A stretch of DNA of 63,974 nt, the filler included, from Chiloscyllium plagiosum (Eukaryota), in assembly GCF_004010195.1 (NCBI RefSeq). It is 4 parts of one record of this genome, joined end to end, with 100 filler letters (N's around TTAATTAATTAA, not from the genome) between each part and the next. Parts side by side here need not be neighbours in the genome. Positions count along the whole stretch, not along the records: positions 61,774 to 63,974 come from NC_057716.1; 3 more parts are not named here. The stretch is one strand, 5' to 3'. Below the pieces are notes generated by a model. The model was not told where the DNA came from. It saw nothing but the letters and a program-made list of their open reading frames with translations, and did no database searches. Below, piece after piece: positions 62,181 to 63,974 of the stretch; position 1 is the first letter of the stretch, and each line of letters begins with the position of its first letter. The translations under genes were made by a program, and so were the position numbers.

Positions 62181-63789
62181 CTATGAGGGACTGTCCCAGC
62201 ATCATGAAGGGCAGAGCAATCTGCACACTGTGTAGACCACAATTCTCAGGGATACTCCTCCACCATCTCCCAAATACCCCCAGACACCCCTTTAATTTTG
62301 ACCAGCTTTCCCTCTATCAGGGAGTTGTTGGCCCAGGGGTATTATCACTGATTGTCAACCCACAGACCCAGGGAATGATGTGGGGACCCAGGTTCAAATC
62401 CTGCCACGGCAGATGTTGGAATTGGAGTTCAATAAAAACCTGGAATAAGAGTCAAATGATCACCATGATTCCATTGTCGATTGTTGGAGAAACCCATCAG
62501 ATTCACTAACATCCTTCAGGGAAGGAATCTGCAATCCTTACCTGGTGTGGACTACAGGTGACTCCAGACCCACAGCAATGTGGTTGACTTTTATGGGGTC
62601 AATTCAGATTAGCAATAAATGCAGCCCCAGCCAGAGATGCCCCATCCCATGAAGGAATGTAGGTGCACCCCAACCCCCTACTCCTCCCCACCATCTGAAA
62701 GGCTGCAACACGTCAGCTCTCTGTCTTCTCTTAACCAGAATCAGCTCTCCCTGATCACTGTAACCTTCTGGTTCACCCTTTATCCTCTAGATCGTTCTCA
62801 GATTCATTGATTCATAGAGATCTACATCACAAAAAGAGGCCTTTCAGCCCATCACAACAGCACTGGTCAAAAACAACCCCCTCCCTATTCTAACCCCATT
62901 TCCCAATGCTTGGCCCATTGCCTCGAGCTTTGGTATGACGGGGGGAATACTGAAATCCTCCTTCAGTGTGGTGAGGGTCCCTGCCTCTCCCACCCCCACA
63001 GGCAGTCAGTTCCAGATTCTCCACCCTCCTCAGGGGCAAGAAGAGTTTCCTCACATTCCCCTAACCCTCCTGCCCCTTCCCTTTAACCACAGCTGCCAGG
63101 GCATTGATTCCATCACCAAGAGGAAGGATTCCTTCCTGCCTATCCTGTCCAAGCCTCTCACTGTTTTCGTCAGCTCAATCATGACCCCGTCAGTCTCCCA
63201 GCTCTCAGGAAAACAACTCCAGTCTGTCCAATCTCTGTCCATTCCTGAAACTCTCCAGCCCAGGCACCATCCTGGTAAATCTCCCTCTACCCCCTCTCCA
63301 GTATCTGTATGGAGCTGGATTCTCATCTCTGAATTGAGGCAGCTCTTGCAGTCAAGTCTGCTTCTTGTTTATTCTCTCAATGATCCCATGCTCCGTTATC
63401 ACAGATCAGAAAGCTGTTAGAATGCAGAAGAAAGCCACTTCACCCAGCATGTCTCTGCTCATCTCTCTCTGAATGGCCAGCTCCCTGACATGCAATTCTC
63501 TCGCCTACTTCCCTAACCACAGACATTATCCCTTGACAAACTGCATTCTAATTCTCTTTGGAAAGCCTCAATTGAACTTCACCACACCAGGCTTTCAGAA
63601 ACCTCATTCCAACCCCAAACTATTCAAGTAAACCTTCCTCCACCACACTCTCAGACGTTCCCAGGACATGGTTTAGTTCTGGTTTCATTGTGAACACACT
63701 CTGTTGTGAATCTCAAGACTCTGGTACCAATTGGCACTCGAAGGCCTGGGCCCAACCTCAAGGTTGTCTCAAGGTGTCAGGCAGATCAG

Positions 63790-63974
63790 ATGCCGCACTG
63801 TCAGAGGATCAGTGCTGAGGGAGTGCCGCACTGCCAGAGGGTCAGTACTGAGGGTGTGCCGCACTGTCAGAGGTTCAGTACTGAGGGAGTGCCGCACTGT
63901 CAGAGGGTCAGTACTGAGGGAGTGCTGCACTGTCAGAGGGTCAGTACTGAGGGAATGCTGCACTGCCAGAGGGT
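63790..63974 (+). repeat. 33-bp minisatellite, same as 46124-46347; runs off window end
   Basis: Tandem CTGAGGGAGTGCYGCACTGYCAGAGGGTCAGTA. Confidence 0.92.

Noticed and set aside
63825..63850. CTCF-like motif within the 33-bp unit (CTGCCAGAGGGTCAG)
   Set aside because: Two mismatches at high-information core positions.

Overview
Repeat-dense eukaryotic DNA, most likely from a shark or other elasmobranch, judged from HE1-type V-SINEs, CR1/HER1 LINEs and DeuSINE-like fragments. It is not one contig. Three artificial 100-bp spacers (N44-TTAATTAATTAA-N44) split it into four pieces, and there are three further N gaps. Host genes are fragmentary: (i) exon 2 of a divergent TUBA4A-like alpha-tubulin (minus strand, 4496-4718); (ii) a TATA/GC-box promoter with an ATG-only first exon of alpha-tubulin type (plus strand, ATG at 20848) whose downstream exons are absent; (iii) three membrane-domain exons of a divergent AE3/SLC4A3-like anion exchanger (minus strand, 51253-59141). 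The most striking non-genic signal is a set of at least five sequence families of minimal type-I hammerhead ribozyme motifs (CUGANGA-x-stem II-GAAA-palindromic helix III-NUH). They lie in Penelope-like retroelement ends and in short non-autonomous inserts, often fold-back shaped, with 10-16 bp target-site duplications. Two minisatellites appear to have arisen by tandem amplification inside a SINE and inside a LINE, and there is a 30-bp higher-order repeat built from telomere-like hexamers. All family names come from recognising the sequence by eye; no database search was run.
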